A DNA stretch of 63,831 nucleotides, filler included, from Dirinaria sp. TL-2023a (lineage: Eukaryota), in NCBI GenBank assembly GCA_051941275.1. It is 8 parts of 8 records of this genome, joined end to end, with 100 filler letters (N's around TTAATTAATTAA, not from the genome) between each part and the next. Parts side by side here need not be neighbours in the genome. Positions count along the whole stretch, not along the records: positions 32,078 to 39,951 come from JAVEBF010001261.1; positions 40,052 to 47,919 come from JAVEBF010001262.1; positions 48,020 to 55,880 come from JAVEBF010001263.1; 5 more parts are not named here. One strand, written 5' to 3'. The notes beneath the pieces were generated by a model. That model did not search any database and was not told where the DNA came from. It was given only the letters and a program-made list of their open reading frames with translations. The translations under genes and the position numbers were made by a program. Below, piece after piece: positions 38,130-50,124 of this stretch; the first letter of the stretch is position 1, and each line of letters starts with the position of its first letter.

Positions 38130-38830
38130 GACTAATCCAGTTTGTATAGTACCAAGAACGAGCCTACTGAGTGTTACAATCCACGCAGACACCTCGAATG
38201 CCCCCTTGCAGATCGTGCTTCAGCACAGTCCAACAGACCCCAAAAATCCAGACTTCCTGCGCCCGAAAAAAAGCAAGAACACGAAAAGCTGCCCAACCCT
38301 CAACAAGATGAAGATTTCAACTTGGCGTTGTGCTCTCGGCGCCGTTAATCATGAATTTGTCCTTGCGCTTCTTTGGTGCTCTCAAGATGATGATCCGAGC
38401 CTCATTCGCTTCATTAGGGTGGTAGAAGAGATGAGCCATTCGATTTTCATCCACAGTTGGCATCAAGTCGCAAGGCCAGTAGAAATAGTCCTCCTTACGA
38501 GACTCGGGGCGCATGTCTGAAACGTTTCTGATGACCACGTTGGAATGCTGATGCAGCTCAAACTTGCTCGTAAAGTCAATGATACTAGAGGGAGCTTCGT
38601 AACACAAGACTTACTTACACAAATTGGACGCCAATTACTTTGCTCACTGAAGGTACTCTTCTCCATTTAGATCTCAGCCCTTAATAGAGCGCCCTTAGCT
38701 CTATGACGAGCTGCAGATCGGATGAAATCACAAAAGTGTCGAATTGTGCAAGATCAAGAGGTTTGTCTCGCATTGAAGCAACAGATAAGCAGCTAGCGAT
38801 TCTCCAGCTCACAAGAAATGATGGTCGGCC
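38130..38830 (-). pseudogene. Pseudogene of a fungal hypothetical family with a C-terminal TM hairpin
   Basis: Reads ..LRALY*GLRSKWRR..GVQFV|intron|..FELH..YWPCDLMPTVDEN..HLFYHP..RAPKKRK..S*NLHLVEGW..FGVCWTVLKHDLQGAFEVSAW. Stops at 38681 and 38317. Family recognition is from memory of similar fungal proteins. Confidence 0.6.
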
Positions 38831-39697
38831 TTTGATTTCGGTGCCGTACGTCAGGTTCATAGGTCTGTGCTGGACTCTGTAAAAGAACATTGGAATTAAT
38901 GTTTCCTGATGGTTGCTGCTGGGTCTGTAGGTTGGCGCTCAGATGAAGGGCAGAAGTGTTCTAATTAGAAGAAGCAGCTGTCGTAGGATGCTCCGTTGCA
39001 TGGGATCTATTTAGATAATCAGTTCTCGAGCTCGCTTGCGGCACCAGGCCGTAGTTCAAGGTAATCGTCATAAACCGCAGACCACCGCTCGATCATCTCG
39101 TGTGTGGCATTGGCCTGCATCTGCCGAACCTTTCCCCGCACTGCCACCCTGGCAGTCGCTTTATCATAAACGCAGTCTCATTCTCGGAATCCATCGGCGT
39201 TGCTAGTTGGCATCCGTCATGTATCCCATGGTAAGGTAGTTGCCTTCCACAATACACATTTTAAATGGCAACCGGCCCTGGCTTCTGGCTTCAGGCGGCA
39301 GCCTAAAATACTTACCTTGCCACATTCCTGCAGCTCTATTCTCCGATTCGCAATTCAAATACGCGGGAAAAGAAGCAGCGCTTGCCAGTAGGAAAAAACC
39401 AGTAGGAAGAAAGGATCCCATCCCCGTCACTGTGTCAGCCGTCCTGTAGAGACTCAACACATTCTCGTGGGCTTTGCCCCAAATCCAGCGAGAGCAGTCC
39501 AGCATGTGCAATTGGCGACGTCACTAAGGTAGCGTCGGTTACATGTGTACCTTACTAAGGTACTCATACCTTACCTTACCTCATACTTTGAGCACTATTG
39601 TGCCTAGGACTTGACGTAGGACTTGACTTCGCCCTTATCCACATGCAGGAGCCACCATCTCCATACCATTGATTCTCGTCAGCAATCCTCGAGCACG

Positions 39698-39951
39698 ATG
39701 GGTTTGACCTTCTCGCAGCTCTTTCCTCCAAGTCCCAGCCTCACCGAGGCTAATTTACCCAGTCAAAAAGGCAAAGTGTTCATCGTCACAGGAGGAGCTT
39801 CAGGCGTTGGGCACGAGCTTGCACGAATCCTGTATCACAACGGCGGCAAAGTCTACATCGCTGGCCGTTCGGAGAGCAACGCCCGCCAGAGCATTGAACA
39901 GATCAAGCAGCAGCACACCCTCCCAGGCCCATCCTCCTCCTCCTCCTCCTC
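39698..39951 (+). CDS. Short-chain dehydrogenase/reductase (retinol dehydrogenase-like), 3' truncated
   Basis: MGLTFSQLFPP..LPSQKGKVFIVTGGASGVG (TGxxxGxG) and VYIAGRS. Confidence 0.9.
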
Positions 39952-40051
39952 NNNNNNNNNNNNNNNNNNNNNNNNNNNNNNNNNNNNNNNNNNNNTTAAT
40001 TAATTAANNNNNNNNNNNNNNNNNNNNNNNNNNNNNNNNNNNNNNNNNNNN
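39952..40051. other. Artificial contig linker
   Basis: 44N-TTAATTAATTAA-44N. Confidence 0.99.
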
Positions 40052-40419
40052 AGCGCATCCGGAGTGGTGGTCGGTCCGGCCGATCAGGGTCCAACGCCCA
40101 CACATCCATATTATGCCTGGTTCCAGTTCATAGATTTCTTTTCTTCTTCATGCTTTGTGTATTTAGTTGATAGCACCTGCATAGATCATACCTTCTGCAC
40201 CGGTCCTGACAGCAGAGAGCTGTTTTGTACTTGAGAAAAATTTTCTTTTCTCTTGCGGAAATTTTATTCTCTCCCTCCCAGCTCCCACAAAATCTCCATC
40301 TAATTGAAACTTTTCAACTGACTCGTCTCATTATTATTGTGATATCCTCACCCTCCATATTCTCTGTAAGACTTTTGGTCGTACGCTTCGTAATATCACC
40401 GGGTTTGCCTCCGCACGCG

Positions 40420-40450
<31 letters not shown>

Positions 40451-42501
40451 CTTTTCGTTTCTTTACGTGGTCTAAGTGTTAGTGATGGGGATTCAATGGA
40501 TGGAGTGTGGCGTTCGAAAGGAAGGGGATTAAAGGTGGTACGATAGGAAGGTGAAAATTTTCTGGTTGGTTGAGAAAGTGGTGCGGGTTCTTCGTAGAAT
40601 TGGAACTGTGAAGCCACTATATGCATTCTTAAACCATCTCTTGGTTGGGAGTATCTTCTTCTTGAAGGTGAGTAGGCTATGACCTCTCATGGACGCGCGA
40701 AGATTGTCAAATGCTTCCTGTACAACTGCCGTGTGCTGTGGTTCTGTACGTGGATTCTTGATCGAGGCTCTGATTACGTTCACGAGGGTACGAAGAGGTC
40801 GAAGGGTCTGGCAGATGATCACTTAGTAGCCAACATGTCATCTCACATCGATGATCTGGCTTACAAGCTTCAGGGCTGCCGCTTCTCACAGCAGAGGCCA
40901 CACAATCCCTTCGCCCATATTGCCATCTTTTGGGCCTGGCCCACAGTTGTGATGCCATGCTGGCTAGTAAGGAGAATGCTTCCGGTTGCCCCACTGCCAA
41001 ACAAGAGATGAACAGAAAGAAGGCATGCACGACAAATAGGAAGGAGTTACCATGCCTGCAAACACGGTGGTACGCGTGACCACATCCAGTGGAATGTTCT
41101 CGATCTGCCATAGCTATCATGCAAGCGCTCTGATGTTTCGATCTTGAATCGATTCTGCGAGCACGACTGCGAGGCTTCGAAAGAGGCAGAGGCTTGATCA
41201 TAGCTTCGCTTCATTGGTAACCGACGATCGCACCGAGACAACAGTCAAATGCTGCCATGTCAGAACCTGAGGTTGCAAGCAGAGCCACGAGGCCGAAGAA
41301 TGAGTAAAGATGTGGCAGCAGTCTACTGGTAGCCAACGATGGTATACCCAGTGGTTCCACGAATTGTCATGATACTCGTGCCGCAGCCTGCAGCAGGCTG
41401 GTCACGTTGTGAGTCCCAGCAGGCGTCCGATCATGTATCTCGGGTATCTAGTGGAGCATCGAACCTATTGCGGAAAAACGATCTCTTTGACTTCCCAGCA
41501 TCACGGGTTATGTAACGGTGACGGCACGATACATGATGCTGATGGCCATTTTTGGAAGAGGGGCCTAGAATGCAAGCTGCATTTAAGATCGTCACGAGCT
41601 ACCAAGCTTGGAGCAGGAGATCTGGTGTTCCCCTTTTGCCCCGCTCTCAGCAACCAGATCCGTTTTCCCGATGCAATCTTGCAAGGCAGTTGTAGAAGCT
41701 AATATTTGGTAGTGGGACCTGTACCGTTGCGCCATCATCTTATGAGGCTAGCGCTGGCTCTGAGCGGCGCATTGACAAGGACTGCTTGGTGTGCTAATGA
41801 CAACGTCCTCAGTGATACTTGCGTTCATTTCATCACCGAGGATGCCGCGATGACAGAGTGATCTGCGCAGTCTGCACACGCGAACTCATGACTTGTTGCA
41901 TTATATGTAGAGCAATGCAGCAACCCCGCATGGAATTGCCTAATTGCGTATTGCGAGATGCTCATATCTAAAAAAAGTCAAAAAAGTCGAGAGTAAAAAA
42001 GCGAGGAAAAAAAAAGCCGAAAAAAGAAAAAGAAAAAAAAAGCGATGACCATGACGCTAGCCGCATTGATTCTAGCAGCTACAGCGCTCCTTTCAATGCT
42101 TGGCACGTACTCATACAAGTAATTGACGCCCTTTGCCCCTATACATACATACATACATACATACGAAGCAATGAAGCATGTACATACACATCCCAAGCAA
42201 TCACTAAGAGAATGCCCATGCATATGTATGTATCGCCTACTAGCCGCACAAGAGTCGCAACACTCCTATCAAAAATACATATAACACTCCCGAACACATT
42301 CACTGAAATCTTAGGCGCATATCAGCCTTCCAACTCCGAACGTACTTCCCAGCGTAAGAACTGAGAATAAGAAAAGAAGACTATGGCAGCCAGGACCCGA
42401 TCGCAATCTCATCCCTTCATCTAGAGGGCATCATCCACTCCAACTCGTAGCGAATTGAACCCGGAAGGATCATTTGGTGAAAATGGAGCTGGATCCGAAG
42501 C

Positions 42502-43155
42502 CTAACGTAAGTGATCGTACCAATCCCCATATTGAACCTTGCTCGGGCAAAAATCAAGGTTGCACTGCAAATCTAATTCGTCGTGTGCTTTTCCTGGCTT
42601 ATGGGGTTTTGGGTGAGCCTCGTCGTAAAGGACTTGGTCAGCCTTCTGCTGTCCCTTCGCAAGGGCCTCGGCGTCATTATCGGCTCTCTCCTGTGCCTCA
42701 TGGTAGTCCCGAATAGCCTCCTCCACGTCCGCTTTCGTGATGTCGATTGGTGTGACCTTCCTTTTGTCGAGCGTAGACCTCAGCGGCTTATCTGCAGCGG
42801 CTACAATACTGAGCGCTTTTTCAGGCGCTTCCCCAACGCTAGCCACGGCCTTCATTGCTTCAGCATCGGTGTCGCTCGTATTTTTGATGCTTTGCGCTGG
42901 CTCAACAGCCTTCTCTTCCCCGTAATACCGACTGTTGTTCACGTCTATCTTGAAGGAGCGCTTCTCGAGAGATTGGTCGTCTGGGCCTTTGTGCTGAAGC
43001 TTCTTAGAGAAGTTTTCCTCCATTAACCCTGGGCCTATGCAATCCGTAAAGGGGTTAGAACAAGGGTCTAAGTCGGTGATCGGGAGAGGGCGAAATGGTG
43101 CGGCGACAGCGAGAGTAGCAGCCATAAGGCTCAGAAGAACGGTGTTGATATACAT
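42502..43155 (-). CDS. Putative secreted orphan protein (217 aa) with KR dibasic sites
   Basis: ATG 43155 with signal peptide MYINTVLLSLMAATLAVAAP. LEKR and LDKR sites; two Cys pairs. Confidence 0.8.
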   Translation of the reverse strand: MYINTVLLSLMAATLAVAAPFRPLPITDLDPCSNPFTDCIGPGLMEENFSKKLQHKGPDDQSLEKRSFKIDVNNSRYYGEEKAVEPAQSIKNTSDTDAEAMKAVASVGEAPEKALSIVAAADKPLRSTLDKRKVTPIDITKADVEEAIRDYHEAQERADNDAEALAKGQQKADQVLYDEAHPKPHKPGKAHDELDLQCNLDFCPSKVQYGDWYDHLR

Positions 43156-44549
43156 GATGATGGTACTGATATAGCTATGCGAGTTAGTTGTCCTGCAATG
43201 TTGATCAAGAGAGAGAGAGAGAGAGAGATGAGATCTTTGATGGTTAATAAAGTTGAGGTGAGGCAGCAATATTAGTCGAGGTGAAGAGGAAGAGAAAGAC
43301 GGGGCCTTTGAAGGAACTTACAGTCAAAATAAGGCACAACTCACTCACCCGTTTTTGTTGAGGAGACCCCCAACGGTGACTCATCATATGGAGAAATACC
43401 ACTCAACAATGAGAAATTTTCAGAGGGCTCAAACCGAAACATGCATTCAGACGAGCTGGTATGCCGCTCAACAATCACAAGTCCTTAGAGCTCTGGAACC
43501 GTGACACAGAAGAACCAGTTAACCCCAACGAAGCAAACATCGATGATAGAGCTTCCGGATTAATACGAGCATAGGCGAGAGAGACCAATAGCAAAATTTG
43601 TCAGATTTCGGCATGAATTTCGTTATTACTATGAATGCCCTGTATGGTACTCGAAAGCTAGTAGCGGAATATCAAGGGAAAAATCTTAACGCTCGAGGGG
43701 CCTAGCGCCTTCGCGGGTATCAGATTTGAAATGGGAATCCCGGCACTCTCGACATTTTCGCGTGATTATGCATCTCAGATTTCTTTAATGCTTCAAATTT
43801 CAATATAACCATTTCTCTGCTCTAACAAAGTGTAAATCCTAAGCAACGACGATTCCACGAGACGACGATAAATTGACTCATCGCGGACTAGTCAACGTCA
43901 AATATTGAATCGTTAAAGAAGATTGAAGAGTCTAGAAAAAAAATTTGAGAGGCAATAGTAGATGAAAATAATAACAGAGAAGCGCGGTGTGACAGCAAAG
44001 CGAAGGGTGATGTGATAGGAGAGTAGAATGATGTGGCGACAGCGAGTTTCCTAATATTTTTGTATTATTTTAAGCCATTCAAGTATTTCCAAAGATGATC
44101 TGAGATAATCGAAATACGCTCATTAAGGGGATGATGGAGCAGATGAAGTTAATTGTGTAGGGTGTCAAGATTCCCGTTTTTCTTCCTGCGAGGCGCCTTA
44201 AAATAATTAAGTACGCGACCTCCCTCACCGTATTGGTCACCACAAATTTGCACGCCTTGTCCTCCTAGGACTTCGTCTACGAGTATTTAATTCGACACAA
44301 CATTCCCTCAGAGCCCACTCGACACATTTGAGCAACTGGGCATACCCGTCGAGGTAAAGGAAGAAGGGAATGTACTGCAGTAGGGGCAATTCAGTGAGTT
44401 CAAGGCTTTAGTCCTCCCTCGCTGTTGTTAAAATCCGCAATGTCCGCAACCAGCTATTCACTCTGTCACCCTTTTCAATCTCTATGTCTCCAAATACTGA
44501 AGGCAATCGTATTCTTATAGCCAAGAGTTTGTAGCTTGCATCTCCTACA

Positions 44550-45635
44550 ATGCCTAAATCAATCACCATCTCCCGAACCGAGGAGTATCACCGTCTGGTA
44601 TTGAATGATGTTCCGTGGCCTGTCCCAAAGCCAAACGAGCTGCTCCTCAAGGTTGTTGCTGCAGCACTCAACCACCGCGATCTCTACATCCGGCAGAACC
44701 TCTACCCGTCTATCTCTTTCAAGAACCCGCTGCTTGCGGACGGCTGCGCGATTGTTCTTCCGCATCCAGATGCAGCAGGTTCGATAAAATTTCCTGCCTC
44801 TCAGCGTGTAATCATCAATCCAGGAACGGGGTGGCTGTCTGATTCTTCAGGGCCTGAAGCGGCTTATACCGTTTTAGGCGGCTCATCTACAACGGCGCTG
44901 GGCACTCTGCAAGAGATAATTGCTGTCCCCGTAGACGACGTGGTACCGGCCCCAGAGCACCTTTCAGATGTCGAAGCGGCAGCGCTGCCACTGACCGGTC
45001 TCACTGCTTGGCGAGCGTTCGAGACCAAGTCCACTAACGCAGAACCGGGCCGGAACATCCTCGTGACAGGTATTGGCGGCGGGGTGGCCCTGATGGTGCT
45101 CCTGTTTGCTGTCGCTAAAGGGTGCAACGTCTTTGTGACATCCTCTTCGGTTGACAAAATCGACCGAGCCAAAAGCCTTGGCGCAAACGGTGGAGTAGAT
45201 TACACGGACGAAGAAGGATGGCCTAAGAAACTAAAATCTTTACTGCCAAAGGATCGACCGTTTTTAGATGCGGTAATTGACGGGGCGGGCGGCAATATCA
45301 TAGGCAATACGTGGAAGCTGTTGAAGCTTGGAGGTGTCGTCGTAAGCTATGGCATAACAAGCATAGATCCACCGAGACTGCCCATGCAAGCCGTCATGAA
45401 GAATATCGAGCTCAAGGGAAGCACAATGGGCTCGCGAAGAGAGTTCACAGATATGGTACGCTTTGTCGACGAGAAGAAAATTAGGCCAGTGGTGGAGCGA
45501 GTGGTGCATGGCATTGAGAACCTCGTTGCTATCGATGGACTCTTTGACATCATGAAGAAATGCAAGCAATTTGGGAAACTCGTAGTCAGAATTGGCAGCG
45601 ACAGTGAAGGGCATAAGGGCAAGGCAAAGCTGTAA
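44550..45635 (+). CDS. Medium-chain dehydrogenase/reductase (zinc-binding ADH-like / quinone oxidoreductase)
   Basis: Intronless 361 aa with AAALNHRDL, AAALPLTGLTAWRA, VTGIGGGVA, LKGSTMGS and QFGKLVV. Confidence 0.93.
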   Translation: MPKSITISRTEEYHRLVLNDVPWPVPKPNELLLKVVAAALNHRDLYIRQNLYPSISFKNPLLADGCAIVLPHPDAAGSIKFPASQRVIINPGTGWLSDSSGPEAAYTVLGGSSTTALGTLQEIIAVPVDDVVPAPEHLSDVEAAALPLTGLTAWRAFETKSTNAEPGRNILVTGIGGGVALMVLLFAVAKGCNVFVTSSSVDKIDRAKSLGANGGVDYTDEEGWPKKLKSLLPKDRPFLDAVIDGAGGNIIGNTWKLLKLGGVVVSYGITSIDPPRLPMQAVMKNIELKGSTMGSRREFTDMVRFVDEKKIRPVVERVVHGIENLVAIDGLFDIMKKCKQFGKLVVRIGSDSEGHKGKAKL

Positions 45636-46982
45636 GTCATTCCCAAGGTTACTCTTCAAAATCGCACGAAGATCTTCCCTATTTTAGTCTTCATCTAGAT
45701 ACGTTCCTATCGAAGCGCAATGAGCCAGGCACATAATCCCTACGTCAATCGAACATCGTCTGTATCTCCGTACTATAGTCAGAAACCAGATATTGAAAAG
45801 CACTCATGCTTCCACAAATTAGTCGTCACCTTCTTGAGCAAGAATGGCTATCTACAAAAGTATGCTCGATCGCGACAATTATTTACCAAAAGCCTTCCCA
45901 ATACGCTCAAGAAACACCCCGTTGTGAAATTAGCAATGTGTGGGAGGGTAAATTACCCTTGGTTCCTACTTTTGCTGTTCGATGCAAATGGAGTCATTCC
46001 AGCTTATCTTGAGAACTTCAAAGTACGTGATACTCCGAGGTAACAAATTAATCACGATCATCCGCAAGAGATCATGAAACCTCGGAAAGACCAAAGGAGA
46101 CCGAGGGGATGCGTAGAAAAAGGGCATACCAAGTCGTGCCAAGACCAACTTTCGGTCATCGAATGGCTGAACCGGGAATCGCCAAGCCCCTTCCTCTGAG
46201 CCTCTTCCAACGGCTCTGCCAACATCCATTGCGAAACAGCATCCATTCTTCGCCGCTTGTAACATGAAAAAAGTCGTGGACTGGAGTTTTGCCCTCAGGG
46301 ATTTGAGCATATTGATCCAAGCCAGAATGAAGGGTAACAAGGGCTGAAGAGGCGAAGAAAAAGATTCTCCCGAAACCCTTTCTGAAGTCTCATGTGTATG
46401 AGCGACAGCCTTGACCAAATTAATCCAAGAACTTCACGTTAATGTCGCCATTTCTTACTTCTCTTTCTAAGCAAGATGTGATCTTCGAGATGCAAGGTAC
46501 TGGTAAAGCCACCGGTGCAGCTGCGAAGGCTTAGGAGGTACTTTCGATCCTGTGCTCACTTTTCTTTCGAGGGTTTCCCCTGCATTCTCAAGATTCAACA
46601 TATAGACCCTTGTTTGAGCACCGCAATGGTCGAATAGAGCAGGTCATGGCCAAGGACATGAAACAAGCACAGGCTCTTACCTAAGCCGCATCCTCCGCCA
46701 AGCCGCACAGCCACGGCCAGATTTACCACCTCGGGCAGTTTCCACCGTCCATCACAGCTTGCAGGAGTGTCAGAGGCTGTCCCAAAGGATCGCAGTGTGA
46801 TGTACAAAATCACGACTTTGATTCTGGCCTCGACTGGGGCAGGTAGAGGTGAGTATGTCTTGTATTCTAAAACCATACCGCAACCCGACCATTCATTTTC
46901 CGCTCTCCGTTTTACCTATACTAGACTCTAGTATGAGTAGCTCGCTAGTGGGTTTCTCGTCAATTTCTGATACCATCGGAGA

Positions 46983-47902
46983 ATGACCCCCACTTCTACC
47001 GAGTTTCCATTCCACATCTCCTCAATCTTCAACCCGGCCTCTCCAAATTCGCGTATTTTTCTCCTAGTCCTCTTCATCCTCCCTTTCACCTGTTTCCTAA
47101 GTGGCATCGCTCTCTACCGCGCACACCTCACCACCGTCCCCGTCGAGAGCGACACCGGCGCCGGTGGCGACTGGGCCGATGAAGTTGCTTTCAGCTCTGT
47201 AAATTCCCCTATCCCTTCCCATGAAAAAAACCCCCTCTAAACCAAAGTGAAAAAAACCTAGCTCTTCCTCTCCCTCCTCTCCTCCCTCATCCTCCTCGCC
47301 CGCCTCTCGTTCCAAACACAACGCACCGCGCTCCCCTTGAAATTCTACATCGCCCTCGATTTTCTCCTCTGGCTCTCCATCGCCGCCGCCTGCACCGTAG
47401 GCCTGCTTTTCTCGAACGTGATCCCCTGGGGCAAATATAGCGGCATCGACTGCTCCGCCGATAATCCAAGCACTCAGATCAAAGATTTCAACTGTCAGCC
47501 TTATTTCGGGACGGTGCAGGGACTGGATGTGACGGGGTTTGTGGGCGGCTTCGTCTTATGGTGCGTGTATTTCTTTCTTTCATTTCCCTTCCTTCTTCCT
47601 TCTCCACACACACACAGAGAGAGCCAGAGAAATGTCATCTAATCCTCAAGGGGAGAGAAAAAAACAGTACCTACCACCTCATCCTGACATGCACCGCATG
47701 CCACTGGCACCGCCGCCATACAAACCATCCTCTTCTTCAACCAGAAGAAGCCACCAACACCACCACCACCGAAAAACCCCCCAGCAGGAAAGAAGGCGAA
47801 ATCAGGAACGGCAACCTGAAATGGGATGATCGCATGGGGGTTTGGAAAACGGTCAGCGTCGGAGGATGGGTCGGCGGCCGCCCGGGGCCTGTGTATGCTT
47901 GA
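46983..47902 (+). CDS. Four-TM membrane protein (MARVEL-like topology)
   Basis: Introns 47199-47261 and about 47561-47667 join three ORFs into a protein with four hydrophobic segments and a Cys pair in the second loop. Confidence 0.65.
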
Positions 47903-47919
47903 AAAGTGGGGGTGGGCAG

Positions 47920-48019
47920 NNNNNNNNNNNNNNNNNNNNNNNNNNNNNNNNNNNNNNNNNNNNTTAATTAATTAANNNNNNNNNNNNNNNNNNNNNNNNN
48001 NNNNNNNNNNNNNNNNNNN
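47920..48019. other. Artificial contig linker
   Basis: 44N-TTAATTAATTAA-44N. Confidence 0.99.
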
Positions 48020-50124
48020 CGAGTAAGCGCCCCCCCCCCCCAAAGGGCCCCGTCCCAAGTAGACATCACTACTCATCAGAGTGACGGCTTATTAACAATC
48101 TTCATCTAGCGTGGGTGTAAAACACGCGCTACAATCTTAAATTTAATATCGCAGGACCACGGTGTTCTCGGCGCATTTGACTCCGGACGGTCGTATTAGT
48201 ATTACACCCTGAAGTAGCCGAGGCAGGCTCTATCATTTATTTTCTGACCCGTGCGATAACCGGCCATCTCGATAGACGGCACTACGGCAAGACCATTAGG
48301 TCCATTACCAGCCTCACTTGTAGACTACTCACTTGTATCAAGCACAACGCCTCATCTGGACTAAGACTGGGCACTAGAACAAGCGCGCTCACGGATTCCG
48401 GGCGGGAGCAACACCAAGACCTGGAGCCGTTGTGCTTTTTAATCACACCCTCTTATAAAAAAAAAAAAACCAAAAATTTTTTTGGGAACCCTACTGTACG
48501 TACATACAGAACCATACAGAACGAAAAGGGAACTAGGTACCCCGAACCCCCATTTATGTATCAGACGAATGATTCTTGTAATCTCCCAATCTCCATTAAT
48601 ACGTCATTCATACATAACCGCAAGCCCAGGTGGGCAAGATGAACAACGGACTGACGTGCTAGCACTGCAGCAGACTGAAGAGTGGTACGGAGTACATATA
48701 TTGATGCTCTGCCCGGATAGAGCGTTTGGGAGCGCAACCTGTTCGACTTATTTGTTTAGTAGGTTGTTTTGGATCATCAGTCATCACATCTCATACGACC
48801 AGGGGCTTTTAAGCTTCCACGCCCCAAAGGCCCCGAGCGTGGTCACTAACTGGTCACTGGCCTGGGGGTCCGCACGGACGCCTGAATCGCTAGAAGCACC
48901 TGCAGTCGACCTTACGCTTAGTCTGCAACGTCGACTGCCCTTCACTAATACTTGGGAAAATCCGCTATCAAAAAAAACCCCAAGATCATCCAAGCATTCT
49001 CGGCGCATAAGACATGGGTCGGGGGATGGGAGGGTTTAAGGAAGGCCCGGCGCCTGTAGCGGGCGATCCTGTAAGTCTTGACGTTCGAACCGTTCTCATC
49101 CTGCCTCTTTCGACAACCCTCTGCACCGCATTCCTGCTTCTTTTTTCCTGCACCGTCGCGTTCGCAAACGGGTCTGTGGCCGCTGAAAACTCCCCTGCGC
49201 GCAGCAAGATTGGCCGGTCACGTCCAATTCGCAATATATGGTACGCAACATCTGCCGAGACGCTACCGCAGCGTACTTCCTTGCAAAGATCACAGGTCCA
49301 AGAACCTAGTCTTTTTTACCTCAAGCACACCCCTCCCCCCCCTGTTCTACGCCTTACACTTTCGACGTCGTCTGCTCCCAACGTTTGTTATACAGCCAAC
49401 CAGGAACCCAATTTTCGATAGCTTTTGATCTTGCTTTTCTTTCATGTCTTGACCCTGTCTTCATATTGCTTTTGGCTTTTCATTGTTCGTCACGGTACCG
49501 TGGATGTGTGGTTGAAATTCCAAGAAGATTTCAAAAGGCAGCTTCTCACTTATTGTATGAATTGCGCCTCTATGAATCTCATGCCTTGAGTACCTTGAAT
49601 GAGTTCCATTCTGAGCATATTTGTTTGCCCCGTTCGCGGCGCCTGAATATGTCGAACTCTGGAATATTGCGCGGTGGCGCTGCAATGTCCCAATATTCCA
49701 CACACACACAGGCATACCCTAGCATTGAGAAGACGTAACCAGCAAGGAACATCTACTGATACGATGAGTATGATTCTAGCATCACCCTGCCCATTCGGCG
49801 CAGCAGGGCCCGTCGTTACCACCTCATCTCCAACATCCCCGGTCATCTCATCCCAACTCTCCTCGACAACCGCCGAACCAACATCAAGGAACCTTTCCTT
49901 CTCCTCATTCGTCTACTCACGGTTTACCGCTTCAGCATCAATCACCCTACGCTCAGGCTGGTCCAAACCCGAACGGTCCACCACCCCCTGATCTCGGCTA
50001 CTATCCACCCCCAGGTCCCTACAGCACATCAAGCTCCGGCCCTTATTCAGCGTCAGGTCAGAGTTTCGCCAATATGAAGCCGCACATCAGTCTCTAACAG
50101 TGTCTAGGAGAAGGTTCTGAGCTG

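Noticed and set aside
40500..41900. Several 90-160 aa ORFs at the start of contig 6
   Set aside because: No recognisable domain, codon bias or supportable exon structure.
29903..45635. Apparent metabolic cluster (P450, SDR, MDR, TenA-like)
   Set aside because: These genes lie on three different contigs separated by artificial linkers.
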